DNA of 62,750 nucleotides, the filler included, from Candidatus Fermentibacterota bacterium (lineage in GTDB: Bacteria; JAFGKV01): NCBI GenBank assembly GCA_016928395.1. It is 6 parts of 6 records of this genome, joined end to end, with 100 filler letters (N's around TTAATTAATTAA, not from the genome) between each part and the next. Parts side by side here need not be neighbours in the genome. Positions count along the whole stretch, not along the records: positions 34,434 to 41,909 come from JAFGKV010000094.1; positions 42,010 to 47,560 come from JAFGKV010000095.1; positions 47,661 to 57,068 come from JAFGKV010000097.1; 3 more parts are not named here. One strand, 5' to 3'. A program made the translations under genes and the position numbers. Positions 39,060 through 49,584 of this stretch are shown here, piece by piece (the stretch's first letter is position 1; every line of letters starts with the position of its first letter). The notes under the pieces are model-generated. The model was not told the DNA's origin, did no database searches, and worked only from the letters and a program-made list of their open reading frames with translations.

Positions 39060-40328
39060 ATGCGCCACGTCTCACGAATGGTGGCTGCGGCGACGGTCAT
39101 GCTCCTACTCGTGCCTGTCATGAGTCTGGCTGCGCCCCGGTACCTGTTTCCCCACAGTCAGGAGATGGATCCAAGTCCGGCGTTCGCGCCGGGAACTCGC
39201 GATTCTTCCTACATCTACTATGATGACGGAACTCCTTACTACTACTGGACATTGGCGGCCGGGGACAGGGCGGCAGTGCGGTTCACTGTCCCCGCGCCCA
39301 CCGAGATGGATTCGGCCGAGGTGCTGTCCATCCAGGTCATGGTCTACGACGCCACCGGCCCCGGCAACATCAGGCTCCATGTCTGGGCCGATGACAATGG
39401 ACAGCCCGGCGCCGACCTCATGGCGCCGATGACGGTCACGCCGACTCTGTACGCGTCGCCGGGGCAGCATCTGTGGAACTCATTCATCGACGTTCGCTTT
39501 GAGGATCAGCCAAACCCGGGTTATCAGCAGGTCGAGCAAGACATCTGGATCGGATATGAGTTTCTGTCCAGTGCGCCCAATCCCTTGGGCGATGTCGCAA
39601 CCACGACACATCGAAGCTACTTCTACGAAGGCGGCTCGTGGGCACCGGTGGATGATTCCGACCTGATGATCCGGATCTGGTGGGGCCAGGATGTTCCCGT
39701 GGAGATCTCCTCCTTCTCGTATGAGGTTGCTGAGAATGGCATCCTTCTGCGCTGGGATACCCAGAGCGAGACGGAGAACTTCGGCTTCCGTGTCGTGCGC
39801 AGCGGCGACCTGCTGGGGCCCTATGCCGTGGTGAGCGAGCTCATCCCTGGCGCCGGCACGACCATCGTGCCGCAGCACTACGAGTTCTTCGACACTGACG
39901 TCGAGTGGGGCAACTGCTACTACTACTTCCTTGAGGACACAGATTTGTCCGGAATCTCCCACCGAACGGGCCCGCTGGCGGCCGTGTTCGGCACCCCTGT
40001 CGACCCACCGCTGCCGACCGCCCGATTGCTGGACATAGCGCCGAATCCCGTCACGGAGGAGACCCGGTTGACCTTCCGGGTCGCCGACGGGACCGCGTTC
40101 CTGAACGGCAATGCCGAGATGGCGCCTCAGCGGGTGAATCTGGGATTGTATGACCTGCAGGGCCGTCTCACCAGACGCCTCTACTTCGGTCAGGTTCTTC
40201 CCGGCACCTATCATGTCACATGGGACGGGACGACTGATGCGGGTTCCGCGTCGCCGGCTGGTGTCTACCTCTGCCGCCTCGAGGTAGGTAACCGGACCGA
40301 TGTCACCCGTGTCGTCCTCGCTCGATAG
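39060..40328 (+). CDS. Secreted protein with C-terminal FlgD-Ig/T9SS-like sorting domain
   Basis: Signal peptide; 'PVEISSF..LRWDTQSETENFGF'; 'PNPVT..LYDLQGR..WDGT..PAGVYLCRL'. Confidence 0.82.
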   Translation: MRHVSRMVAAATVMLLLVPVMSLAAPRYLFPHSQEMDPSPAFAPGTRDSSYIYYDDGTPYYYWTLAAGDRAAVRFTVPAPTEMDSAEVLSIQVMVYDATGPGNIRLHVWADDNGQPGADLMAPMTVTPTLYASPGQHLWNSFIDVRFEDQPNPGYQQVEQDIWIGYEFLSSAPNPLGDVATTTHRSYFYEGGSWAPVDDSDLMIRIWWGQDVPVEISSFSYEVAENGILLRWDTQSETENFGFRVVRSGDLLGPYAVVSELIPGAGTTIVPQHYEFFDTDVEWGNCYYYFLEDTDLSGISHRTGPLAAVFGTPVDPPLPTARLLDIAPNPVTEETRLTFRVADGTAFLNGNAEMAPQRVNLGLYDLQGRLTRRLYFGQVLPGTYHVTWDGTTDAGSASPAGVYLCRLEVGNRTDVTRVVLAR

Positions 40329-40371
40329 GTTTGTGCAGGCAGTGCCTCGCATTAGGAAGGAGAGACGGGAG

Positions 40372-41909
40372 ATGCTAATGAAGGCCGAGAGGACAATCTT
40401 GAAGCTCCTGCTGGCCGGACTCGTGATCTGGGGCGGCTCCGCATGGGCGCAGCCCGCGGTACCCACCATGAACCCGGAACCTGAGTTTACGGCGGGGCTC
40501 TCAAACACCGTGTCATGGAGTAATGAGAGCGCCTCGGGTGCGGTGGAATACTTCGTGGGCGCGGCCACGGATCCCGAGTTCCCGGATCCCCAGCAGATGG
40601 AGCTGTCCAGTGGCTGGATCACGGCCACTACCTATACCTTCGACGCCGTGCTTGAAGACGGGCTGACGTACTATTACCGGGTCAGGGCGCGAAATGCCGA
40701 CATGACCATGAGTGCCTGGTCAGATTCGGTCTTCTCCACCCAGGATGCCATCGGTCCTGATCCGGTGACCGATCTGGATGCGGTCGGCAGGCTGGAGTAC
40801 GTCCGGTTGACATGGTCGCCCGTCGAGGACGCAGGAATCGGATTCGCGTTCTACCGGGTCTACCGTTCGACCGCAATGGGCGATCTCGGGTCGCGCATCG
40901 ACGGCGGCGATAATACCGTGACCTTGCCGTTCTTCGCCGATGAGACGGCGGATACGGCGGTGACGTACTGGTATACCGTACGCCCGGTGGACCTGTTCGG
41001 CCAGGAAACCCTGGAGGGCAACAACCAGGATGATGCCGCCCTTCAGCTTCTGGGCGACCCGAGCCTGCAGATCGTATGGCCGACAGACCACTACGTGACC
41101 TGCGAGGAAGCCCTCGATGTCAGCGGTGTGTTCTACAATACCGTGTCCATCTGGGTAAATGGGGAGCCGGCCAGGATGACTCTGGACCCGGTGTCGGGTG
41201 AGTTCAGTGCCTTGGGCATCCCGCTGGCCATGGGGCCGAACACGATCCTCGCTGAGGGCAACGGCACCTTCGGGCGCACGACCTCCCATGAGATCCTCGT
41301 GATCAGGCTTCCTTCCTGTGGACCGCTTCCGGTGCTGACAATTACCGTGCCGGAAGACGGGAGCTACCAGGAGCAGGGCTTCGTTGATGTCTCGGGTACG
41401 TTCGAGAACGTCGGCGCGATAATGATCATGGATCAGTGGGTCGACATCACCTGGAATGCCGAGTTCACGACCGGCACCTTCCTGTACCTGGACTATCCGA
41501 TCGATCAACTGGGTGCGACGACGATCACGGCCACCGGGTATGGCACACCGCCTCCGGGCGAGCTCATCGACCGGGTGGTGACCGATGAGGTCACGGTCTA
41601 CGTTGTGGCGCCCGGCGAACTGGCGGTCGATATCACGTCCCCCGAGGATGGGGACATTACGGATGCCCGCTCGATCACCGTGTCCGGCACCTTCAGCGGC
41701 GCCTTCAAGGTCGAGGTGAACGGGATACTTGCCGTCCTCGATCCTCTTGCCCTCACCTTCGAGTGCGAGAGCGTTCCTCTTGAGTTGGGCGCCAATGAGA
41801 TTCGCGCCGTTGCCACGGGGGCCGACATGGCCACCGTGGAAGACGTTATCACGGTGTACGTAGTGGGTAGCAGTGACCCTCCGACTGTGGAGATCACCTT
41901 CCCGCCGGA
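40372..41909 (+). CDS. Large secreted FN3/Ig-like repeat protein, truncated by the gap
   Basis: Signal peptide; FN3-like 'TYYYRVRA' and 'TYWYTV'; repeated 'ITxPxDG..VSG..VNG..LxxGxNxI' Ig modules. Confidence 0.8.
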
Positions 41910-42009
41910 NNNNNNNNNNNNNNNNNNNNNNNNNNNNNNNNNNNNNNNNNNNNTTAATTAATTAANNNNNNNNNNNNNNNNNNNNNNNNNNNNNNNNNNN
42001 NNNNNNNNN
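41910..42009. other. Assembly spacer
   Basis: N block with TTAATTAATTAA. Confidence 0.99.
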
Positions 42010-42099
42010 GTCCTCCTTTCGACCGGCTCAGTCTACCTCCTTCCGTTACCCATGTATTGACCTATTCCCGTTACCTATGTATTGAACCTGTACCCCAGC

Positions 42100-42404
42100 G
42101 GTGCGGGGGCAACTGGCTCCAGCAGCGACACGTCGCCCGTGTCGGGCCTGAAGGCCCTCCTACTCTGTCCATACACGCCCCGTCGCCCGGCAGGGCGGGG
42201 CTTGGGGCCAGTATCGGTATCGTTGTCGTAATCGTAGTCGACGAGCTGGGGCAGTCGCGCTCGAGTACGAGCTTTGCATGTTCTCTCAAACAAGCACAGC
42301 CCGCCTTCCTCACCCCTTCACTTCTTCACTTCTTCACCTCTTCACCCCTTCACCTCTTCACCTCTTCACTTCTTCACCCCTTCACCTCTTCACCCCTTCA
42401 CCTC
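42100..42404 (+). repeat. Mosaic intergenic element copy ending in a TTCAC octamer array
   Basis: gtcgggcctgaaggccctcctactctgtccat shared with 23352 and 34508; hexamer tract; gagtacgagctttgcatg; about 12 octamers. Confidence 0.85.
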
Positions 42405-42691
42405 TGCCGCATAACCTTGCCGACGAGACCTTTGTCCACAAGAGCGTGCACCAGCTCCTTCAGGTGCGCCTCCGCATCCCCGGGAACCTGGGCGAACTCC
42501 CTGTGCATTGCCCCGAGGATGTCATCCATTCTGTGGTAGCCGTCCAAATGCTTCCACACGAACACACCCACAGGATTCAGCCCGAATCCCGCGCCGGTCT
42601 CAGGGTCGAACAGCACGGCGCAATTGTCTTGTTCCTCGCGCATGACCACCGCGGGGTTGGCCTCAAGATAGTGGTCCAATTCCATCCTCAT
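42398..42691 (-). CDS. PqqD-family peptide-modification chaperone (SynChlorMet ScmD-like)
   Basis: 'ANPAVVMREEQDNCAVLFDPETGAGFGLNPVGVFVWKHLDG'. Confidence 0.82.
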   Translation of the reverse strand: MRMELDHYLEANPAVVMREEQDNCAVLFDPETGAGFGLNPVGVFVWKHLDGYHRMDDILGAMHREFAQVPGDAEAHLKELVHALVDKGLVGKVMRQR

Positions 42692-43188
42692 GCTCCTCCG
42701 GAAGCATCTATCCTCACCACGGTGGGTTCCACACCATGATCGCCCACCGTGAGCCGGACAATGCTGACAGGCGCGGCGGCCCAACCCGGCGCGGCGCTGC
42801 CCGGGCTCACCACGAGCACGCCATCCCTCTCGTTTGTGGACGGCTGGTGCCATAGCCCCGAGACCACCACGTGGATGCCCTCGGGTGGCCACGCCAGTCG
42901 GGAATGATTGTGCACCACGAGGATACGAATCTCCCCCGCCGCGATGACAATCATTTCTGGCAGATCGGACAGTGGGGGCTGCCGGTCGCTGTTGCCGCGA
43001 ACGGCAGCCACGCTCCCCAACGCCCTCAAGGCATCCAGCGTACCGGCACCCCCGATGTCGCCGGCATGCACGATGAGATCACTGCCGCGCAAGGCCTCGA
43101 TCACGTTGTCGGGAATCGATCCGTGCGTGTTTGCGAGAATCGTGATGGTCGCCGGATTCTTCTCAATCGCAGTGAATTCCACGGGCAT
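42688..43188 (-). CDS. YfcE-like metallophosphoesterase with degenerate metal ligands
   Basis: 'IVHAGDIG', 'VRGNSD', 'SPGSA'; DxH is NTH and GHTH is GLWH. Confidence 0.78.
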   Translation of the reverse strand: MPVEFTAIEKNPATITILANTHGSIPDNVIEALRGSDLIVHAGDIGGAGTLDALRALGSVAAVRGNSDRQPPLSDLPEMIVIAAGEIRILVVHNHSRLAWPPEGIHVVVSGLWHQPSTNERDGVLVVSPGSAAPGWAAAPVSIVRLTVGDHGVEPTVVRIDASGGA

Positions 43189-43302
43189 CGCCTTCCATGA
43201 GCGTCCAAGGCCAGGGACAAAGCAGTGCGTTGAATGCACCATGGAAGGCCGCGCAGGTCAAGCGGTTCGTCGGCTTCCTCCCCTCCCTTGCCTCATGGGA
43301 CA

Positions 43303-43318
43303 CGGAACCAGTCTTGCA
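43303..43318 (+). promoter_or_regulatory. Possible sigma-54 promoter
   Basis: CGGAACCAGTCTTGCA: GG-N10-GC. Confidence 0.35.
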
Positions 43319-43507
43319 TCGGGAGAGACGGGTATGGAATGATGGATGATTGGAATTATGGACGGATAGACAGCTCGCCACGCTCTCGGTTCTCAGTCAT
43401 CACAGTTCTCAGTTTCTTCGTCTTCAGTTCCGCGCCTGCTGCCGACTGGAGACTGGTGCCCTCCAACTGCCGGCTGCCCGCGCAGGGGGCGTTTCAAAGG
43501 ATGCGCA

Positions 43508-45649
43508 ATGCCCATGAACCAAACTCACGCAGCACTCCCCGATGTCGGCCGCAACCGCCTGGCATCGGAGAAGAGCCCGTACCTCCTTCAGCACGCCTCC
43601 AATCCCGTTGACTGGTACCCCTGGGGGGACGAAGCCTTTGCCACGGCGCGCTCCGAGGACAAGCCGGTCTTCCTTTCCATAGGCTATGCCACGTGCCACT
43701 GGTGCCATGTCATGGCCCATGAGTCCTTCGAGGATGAAGAGATCGCCGCGTTGCTGAACGAGGCATTCGTGTGCGTCAAGGTTGATCGGGAGGAACGTCC
43801 GGATATCGATGCGGCCTACATGGCGGTGTGTCAGGCCATGACGGGACTCGGCGGTTGGCCCCTCTCCGTCGTCATGACCGCCGACGGCGCTCCCTTCTTT
43901 GCGGCGACCTATCTCCCTCCCCGTGCCCGGCATGGCCTGGTGGGGCTTATCGACCTGATACCGAAGATCAAGACCCTGTGGCGGCAAGACCGGAGCCGCT
44001 TGCTGGATGTCGGTCGACAGGCGATCCATGCCGTGACCCCCGTGCCATCCTCCAGCGAAGAGGTCTCCGATGCTGTCTTCAACCACGCGTATGCCGAGCT
44101 TTCCCGGCGATTCGACGAACGCCACGGCGGATTCGGTGACGCCCCCAAGTTCCCCACGCCGCATACACTGCTCTTTTTGCTCCGTCACTGGTCACGCACC
44201 GGCCAGGCAAGAGCCTTGGCTATGGTGGAGACGACCCTCACCGCCATGCGGCACGGCGGCATCTATGACCAGATCGGCTTCGGATTCCATCGCTACTCCA
44301 CGGACTCCCGCTGGCTCGTGCCTCACTTCGAAAAGATGCTCTATGACCAGGCCCTGCTGACCATGGCCTATACCGAGGCCGCCCTGGCCATGGGGGATCC
44401 CCTGTTCCGGGCCACCGCGGGCGAGATCATCGACTATGTGCTTCGCGACCTGCTCTTGCCGGAGGGAGCCTTCGCCTCGGCGGAAGACGCCGATTCCGAG
44501 GGAGAGGAAGGCCGATTCTACCTCTGGGACAAGGCCGAAGTCGACAGGATTCTCCCCGCAGACCAGGCGCTGCTGCTAGGCGAAGCCCTGGCCATCAGAT
44601 CCGGAGGAAACTTCAACCCGGAGCATGGTGCCGAGCCTTCGGGCCGGAACATCCCGTATCTGCCTCGCCCGCTGCCCGAGACAGCCCTCGCTTTGGGAAT
44701 CGCTCCCGGCGAGGCCGCAACCAGGCTCGAGGCTGCGCGTCAGATACTGCTCCAGGTTCGGAACAAGAGAACCCGGCCCCTCCGAGATGACAAGATCTTG
44801 GCTGACTGGAACGGCCTCATGATCGCCGCCCTGGCCAAGGCGGCAAGGGCATTCAACGAGCCGCGGTACGCCGACGCCGCGCGGCGCGCCGCCGCCTTTG
44901 TGCTGTCGTCCCTGCGCACCGCCGATGGCCGGCTCCTGCACCGCTACCGCGACAAAGAGGCAGCAATTCCTGCGTTCGCCGATGACTATGCTTTCATGAC
45001 GTGGGGGCTTCTCGAGCTCTACGAGGCAACCCTTGACTCGGCGCTGCTGGGCGCCGCGATCCGTCTGACCGAGAGCCTCCTGGGGCACTTTTCCGATGCA
45101 CTCGGAGGGATCTACCTGTCGTCCGACGACGTTGAGCAGGTGCTGGTTCGCACCATGGAGGTCTACGACGGCGCCATCCCTTCGGCCAACTCGGTGACCC
45201 TGGCCAACATGGTGCGTCTGGCCCGGATAACTGGTGAGGCGCGTTATGAGCACCAGGCGCGCCGCCTGGCCTCGGTTTTCGCGGGTGCGATAGACCGCGC
45301 ACCCAGTGCCCACACCATGTTCCTGCTGGGCCTGGATCATCTGCTCCATGGGGGAACCGACATCGTGATCGCAGGCAGGCCTGGCAGTTCCGACACCGAC
45401 GCCTTGCTCGAGGTCGTGCGCGGCAGATTCCTGCCCGCGGCCACGCTGATGGTCCGGCCGGTCAATCCCCCCGATCTTGCTCTTGAAAGCCTTGCTCCCG
45501 CGCTGGTCGACAAGGCGCCCATCAACGGACGGGCAGCAGCCTATGTCTGCCGAGACCGCACCTGCCTGCCTCCGGTCACCGAACCCACCGCCCTGGCGGA
45601 TTTGCTCGGTGCCGACGCAGTCGCAGCGAAGCCCGCCTCCACTTCCTGA
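43508..45649 (+). CDS. Thioredoxin-domain protein, YyaL/SPATA20 family
   Basis: '[15 protein letters not shown]', '[12 protein letters not shown]', '[10 protein letters not shown]', '[13 protein letters not shown]'. Confidence 0.93.
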   Translation: MPMNQTHAALPDVGRNRLASEKSPYLLQHASNPVDWYPWGDEAFATARSEDKPVFLSIGYATCHWCHVMAHESFEDEEIAALLNEAFVCVKVDREERPDIDAAYMAVCQAMTGLGGWPLSVVMTADGAPFFAATYLPPRARHGLVGLIDLIPKIKTLWRQDRSRLLDVGRQAIHAVTPVPSSSEEVSDAVFNHAYAELSRRFDERHGGFGDAPKFPTPHTLLFLLRHWSRTGQARALAMVETTLTAMRHGGIYDQIGFGFHRYSTDSRWLVPHFEKMLYDQALLTMAYTEAALAMGDPLFRATAGEIIDYVLRDLLLPEGAFASAEDADSEGEEGRFYLWDKAEVDRILPADQALLLGEALAIRSGGNFNPEHGAEPSGRNIPYLPRPLPETALALGIAPGEAATRLEAARQILLQVRNKRTRPLRDDKILADWNGLMIAALAKAARAFNEPRYADAARRAAAFVLSSLRTADGRLLHRYRDKEAAIPAFADDYAFMTWGLLELYEATLDSALLGAAIRLTESLLGHFSDALGGIYLSSDDVEQVLVRTMEVYDGAIPSANSVTLANMVRLARITGEARYEHQARRLASVFAGAIDRAPSAHTMFLLGLDHLLHGGTDIVIAGRPGSSDTDALLEVVRGRFLPAATLMVRPVNPPDLALESLAPALVDKAPINGRAAAYVCRDRTCLPPVTEPTALADLLGADAVAAKPASTS

Positions 45650-46000
45650 GCGGAGAAAAAGGTGACCTCTTTGTAGAAGACATTTGTTTGCTCTCTTCAC
45701 TATACTCTTTGCCGAATTCGCTCTCTCTATCAACGAAACCGACGATACGACACCCATGCGGCTTCAACACGCGGAACGCCTCTTTGAAAGACTTGAGAAC
45801 GTCATCGACAAAGCATGTCGTAGTTACAAAATCAAACTCAGCATCTGGAAACGGCAAACTCTCCGCCACATGTCGAAAGACTTGGATGCCCTGTCTTTCA
45901 GCCTTGGTCGCCATTTTCTCCGACGGCTCCACGCCGATTCTTATGTCAAAAGGCACGGCGAATTTCCCTGACCCAACCCCTATTTCGAGACCCTTGGCTG
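45650..46000 (-). pseudogene. Class I SAM methyltransferase fragment (lower GC)
   Basis: 'GLEIGVGSGKFA', 'AESLPFPDAEFD', 'EAFRVLKP'; no N-terminus, and it begins inside the end of the upstream ORF. Confidence 0.75.
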
Positions 46001-46558
46001 TCTACGCTGGTATTCCTGAAACCAGGTCCCGAACGACGACCTGTCCACATCCTGCTCGAGTATGGCCCTGTATACGTCGATGCTCGGAATGCCGTTCGGA
46101 TACACCTTGCGCCGCATGAGGAACCGCTTCAGGTCAACAATCAGTTGCCTCCTAGACGGATCGATCTGGCGGTCCGTCCTGCGAAGCCACCGTCTGCCTG
46201 CCTCATACTCGGCTTCTGATAGGAACCATATGTCGACGTTCCAGAGCATACGTTTCCAGTGAACCTCGAATCCCAAGAAGAAGTGCCCAGGGCTGTCGGG
46301 TTCCTTCTCGGTGCATCTCAGTTCGAACCACGAAGGCGAAAGCTGGCGCAGGCATTCGGCACCGAGAGCCAGGACCTCCGCCCGCCTCAATGGGGCATAG
46401 AGAACATTCAGGTCAATATCGGGCCACGCCATCGTCTGCAGCCGGAAGCTCCCCGTAGCGTAGTACGGGAAGCCCGACAGTCGGTGCCTCAGCTGTGCGA
46501 ACTCCAGGAACTCCGAGGCGCGTTGCTCCAGAGTCGCCTTGGTGCTGGTGCTAGCCAT
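45980..46558 (-). CDS. Hypothetical cassette protein, nucleotidyltransferase-like
   Basis: 'TGSF...DIDL' (GS..DxD) and 'WNVDIWF'; ATG 10 nt after an attC GTTAGGT. Confidence 0.65.
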   Translation of the reverse strand: MASTSTKATLEQRASEFLEFAQLRHRLSGFPYYATGSFRLQTMAWPDIDLNVLYAPLRRAEVLALGAECLRQLSPSWFELRCTEKEPDSPGHFFLGFEVHWKRMLWNVDIWFLSEAEYEAGRRWLRRTDRQIDPSRRQLIVDLKRFLMRRKVYPNGIPSIDVYRAILEQDVDRSSFGTWFQEYQRRQPRVSK

Positions 46559-46567
46559 GGTCCTGCC

Positions 46568-46686
46568 ACCTAACGATGGAGCTCAGGCGCGAACCGCTTC
46601 AACCTACGATTTAGGCGCACGAGACGCCAGCCGTTCGAGCGAGCAAAACGGTAGGCAGGCGTGTCGCCTGCAGCGCGGGGGTATGC
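46568..46686 (-). mobile_element. Integron attC site
   Basis: Minus strand GCATACC-cccgcgctgcaggcg...cgcctgagctccatc-GTTAGGT: R''/L''...L'/R' architecture, between two co-oriented short genes. R'' is degenerate. Confidence 0.72.
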
Positions 46687-46705
46687 CGCCGTTTGCACCG
46701 TGTGC

Positions 46706-47035
46706 TCAACCTCTCTTTCCAGGCTCAAGCCACTGGATTGCCGCTTCCCGCTTGGGAAAAAAGCGGAACTGATGCCCCCGGTTGGCCTCACGTGCAAACT
46801 CTTGAAACCGCTGCGAGTGAGCCGAGACATTGGGGACGACGCTGGCCATTTGAATCCCATACGTGGTGAGCCGCTGCATGAGTTCTCCAGCGATTCCAGT
46901 GCTGAGATCGAAGAACGCCGGGGGCAAAGCGTCCTGGTCGAGCAGAATGGATCGCGTGTCCTGCTCGATGCATTGGGCGACAATGCTGGACGGGTCGAAG
47001 TTGTCTTGTGGCTCGAACTCAATGAAGGTGCTCAT
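46706..47035 (-). CDS. DUF4180 family protein (gene cassette)
   Basis: 'LPPAFFDLSTGIAGELMQRL', 'FAREANRG..FRFF..REAAIQWL'. Confidence 0.85.
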   Translation of the reverse strand: MSTFIEFEPQDNFDPSSIVAQCIEQDTRSILLDQDALPPAFFDLSTGIAGELMQRLTTYGIQMASVVPNVSAHSQRFQEFAREANRGHQFRFFPKREAAIQWLEPGKRG

Positions 47036-47066
47036 TCAGACACTGATCCAGTTTCAAGTGGAGGCA

Positions 47067-47155
47067 GCCGAACGGCGGGCGTGAGCCGCTCCGTATTGGC
47101 CGCAGAGCGTAGTGGCGCGGCCAACACGAAGTCGCGCTCCACGCTCTGGTTCGGC
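47067..47155 (-). mobile_element. Integron attC site
   Basis: GCCGAAC-cagagcgtggagcg...cggctcacgcccgcc-GTTCGGC with complementary core ends and an internal ttggccgc/gcggccaa stem. Confidence 0.75.
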
Positions 47156-47259
47156 AATTTCCTGTTGTACTTCTTACGTTGCTCTGAGTGCCGGTTCAAG
47201 CGCCTCTGTGCCAACACCGAGCAAGACAGGAATTTGGTGCATGCGGCACAAGAACCCAG

Positions 47260-47560
47260 TCACTCGACGTTCAGATGCCGTTGAGCCGTAAAGATACCCT
47301 CTGTGATTGGCTTGCGGGTCGAATCCAACTGATTGATCAGCATCCCGGAGAACGTTCCTTCCACAACGCCTCCGACCTTCCCATAAGCGGAAACGGCAAT
47401 GGTAACGGTTTCGGAGTCGTAGTTGCTGAAAGGGGGCTTGATGAATGAACAGGTCGCGCCAGCGTCCTCATCGAACTGTCCGGTGGCCGTGCCGGGAATT
47501 TCCAGCATCAGGGTCCACTCGCTTTCGTCCCCGCCGCTCGTAATGCTGGTGCTGTTTTCA
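47260..47560 (-). CDS. Hypothetical protein, C-terminal part (probable cassette gene)
   Basis: Open to the contig edge; 'TIAVSAYGKVGGVVEGTFSG...ITEGIF' beta-rich, exported-protein-like. Confidence 0.55.
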
Positions 47561-47660
47561 NNNNNNNNNNNNNNNNNNNNNNNNNNNNNNNNNNNNNNNN
47601 NNNNTTAATTAATTAANNNNNNNNNNNNNNNNNNNNNNNNNNNNNNNNNNNNNNNNNNNN
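47561..47660. other. Assembly spacer
   Basis: N block with TTAATTAATTAA. Confidence 0.99.
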
Positions 47661-48454
47661 CGGCCGATGTCAAGGTCGACATCCATGCCGATTCCCTTCT
47701 GCAGATCATCCGAGGCAGAAGCCCGGGGGAAGCGACGGTAGTCGCCCTTGCTGTACGGGGATACCTTCAGACCTACCTCGCGGGCGATATCCCTGATGCC
47801 GCACAAATGTAGAGCGTCCTCGGCATAGAACATGTTGTGCTCGTATGGCACTGACGTGGCATAGGTCTCTTCACCGCTTCGGCGGATGACGCGCCCCGCA
47901 TTGAAGAGCCACGGTTTGGACGGGTCGAAGTCAAACTTGAGGTTGGAGAACGGAACCTCGAACTCCGCGCACCACCCCCACTCGGTGACGGCGGTCGCCA
48001 CGTCCCAATGGGCATCCCACCGCTGGTTGCTGTTCTGCCCGCGGGGGCCGTTCAGGGCGTCATACTTCACCCCGCGGGGATTGGTGGAGAAGTAGTACAG
48101 CTCCATGCCGCTGCCAGTGGGGTCGATCCAGAGATCTACGTTGTCATCCTTCCATACCGAGGCATCACGTCGTCGCAGCCGTGAAACCATACGGCCGGCT
48201 TGGCTGTCGTGGCATTCGAACGCCACGTACAGCGCGTCCTCCGTATAGACCGCGCGTAGGATTGTCTGTTCCGACGATGGAGCGCCGGGGCTGGGGTCTC
48301 GCTGGGTGAACCCTTCCCGGGGGGTGCAGGCACTCCAGCATTCTTCGTCAAGCCGACCATCAAGCACGGGGCCACGGTCAACCCGCGGTATGTCCCAGGC
48401 GTGCTCTGCCTGTGCGGTTACTGCCGTTAAGAGAAGGAACAGGATTGGGAGCAT
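47661..48454 (-). CDS. CBM9-like/DUF5916 domain protein, truncated by the gap
   Basis: 'PVLDGRLDEECW', 'LYVAFECHD', 'WDAHW..GWCAEFEVPFSNLKF'. Confidence 0.85.
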
Positions 48455-48683
48455 GGTCGTTCACCTCCAACACGGGACTCATCAGTGGGTATTCGTGCTC
48501 CCGGTGCGCGCGACGGGGCGTCTACGCATATGACGGACGAGGCGACCTTTTGGTTTGAACCGCGCCGCGAAGCCCTCCCCCATGCCGCTCGACGGGATCA
48601 GGACTACGGATTGCCCCCCGCCGAGTGGAGATGCCCCTGGAAGGGATGGTCTGTGGTTGACCAGAGCGGTTCTTCACGGTACT

Positions 48684-48699
48684 TGGCACCTGCCATGCA
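48684..48699 (+). promoter_or_regulatory. Putative sigma-54 promoter of the nitroreductase gene
   Basis: TGGCACCTGCCATGCA about 20 nt before AAGGAG-GTG. Confidence 0.6.
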
Positions 48700-48719
48700 C
48701 TTCCAGAAAAGGAGCACCC

Positions 48720-49577
48720 GTGACTCATTCGTCTTCATGGTCTGCGCTGGAAGCGGTGAAGCAACGCATCTCGCACCGTACGTATGATGGCCTGCCTCTC
48801 CCGCCGGATGTCCGCGAGACGCTGGAGAAGGCCCTCCGGGAGCCGCCTCTGGCGCCGTTCGGTTCCCGGGTTCGCCTCGCCTTAGTAGAAAAATCGTCCG
48901 CGGGGCAGCCTGTCCGGCTGGGCACCTACGGCATCATCCGTGGCGCCACAACCTTCCTGGTGGGAGCCATACAGCGGGTGGAGCATGCAGAAGAGGATTT
49001 CGGGTTCGTGTTCGAATGGGCGATCCTGCGGGCCACCAGCCTGGGCCTGGGCACATGCTGGCTGGGAGGAACCCTGCGCCGGGGGGAGTTTGCCACGGCT
49101 TTGGGCCTGAGGCCGGGTGAGTTCATTCCGGCAGCGACACCCGTGGGCTATGCCGCCGGGCGACGAAGCATCATGGATGCGATGACCCGATGGGGTGCCG
49201 GCTCCAAGCACCGCAAGCCGTGGTCGGAGCTGTTTTTCGCCGGGAGCTTCCAGGCGCCGCTGTCGGAAACCGACTCCGGCGCATACGCCACCGTGCTCGA
49301 GATGGTACGCCTGGCGCCTTCCGCCTCCAATCGACAGCCGTGGCGGATCGTGATGGATCGCGAGAGGCGGGCTTTCCATCTTTTCCTTCAGCGAACCGCA
49401 GGCTATGGCTACCCCGGGGTCGACCTCCAGCGGATCGACATGGGTATCGCGATGTGTCACTTCGAACTCAGCGTGCGAGAGTTGGGCATAGAAGGCGGCT
49501 GGACGCAGAAAGATGTCGACGTGAAGCCACTCCCTGCGCGCACATCGTATCTCGCCTCGTGGACGATGGGGGCTTGA
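48720..49577 (+). CDS. Nitroreductase family protein
   Basis: 'RISHRTY', 'LGTYGII', 'GLGTCWLGG', 'APSASNRQPWR', 'IDMGIAMCHF'. Confidence 0.9.
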   Translation: MTHSSSWSALEAVKQRISHRTYDGLPLPPDVRETLEKALREPPLAPFGSRVRLALVEKSSAGQPVRLGTYGIIRGATTFLVGAIQRVEHAEEDFGFVFEWAILRATSLGLGTCWLGGTLRRGEFATALGLRPGEFIPAATPVGYAAGRRSIMDAMTRWGAGSKHRKPWSELFFAGSFQAPLSETDSGAYATVLEMVRLAPSASNRQPWRIVMDRERRAFHLFLQRTAGYGYPGVDLQRIDMGIAMCHFELSVRELGIEGGWTQKDVDVKPLPARTSYLASWTMGA

Positions 49578-49584
49578 ACCCCGA

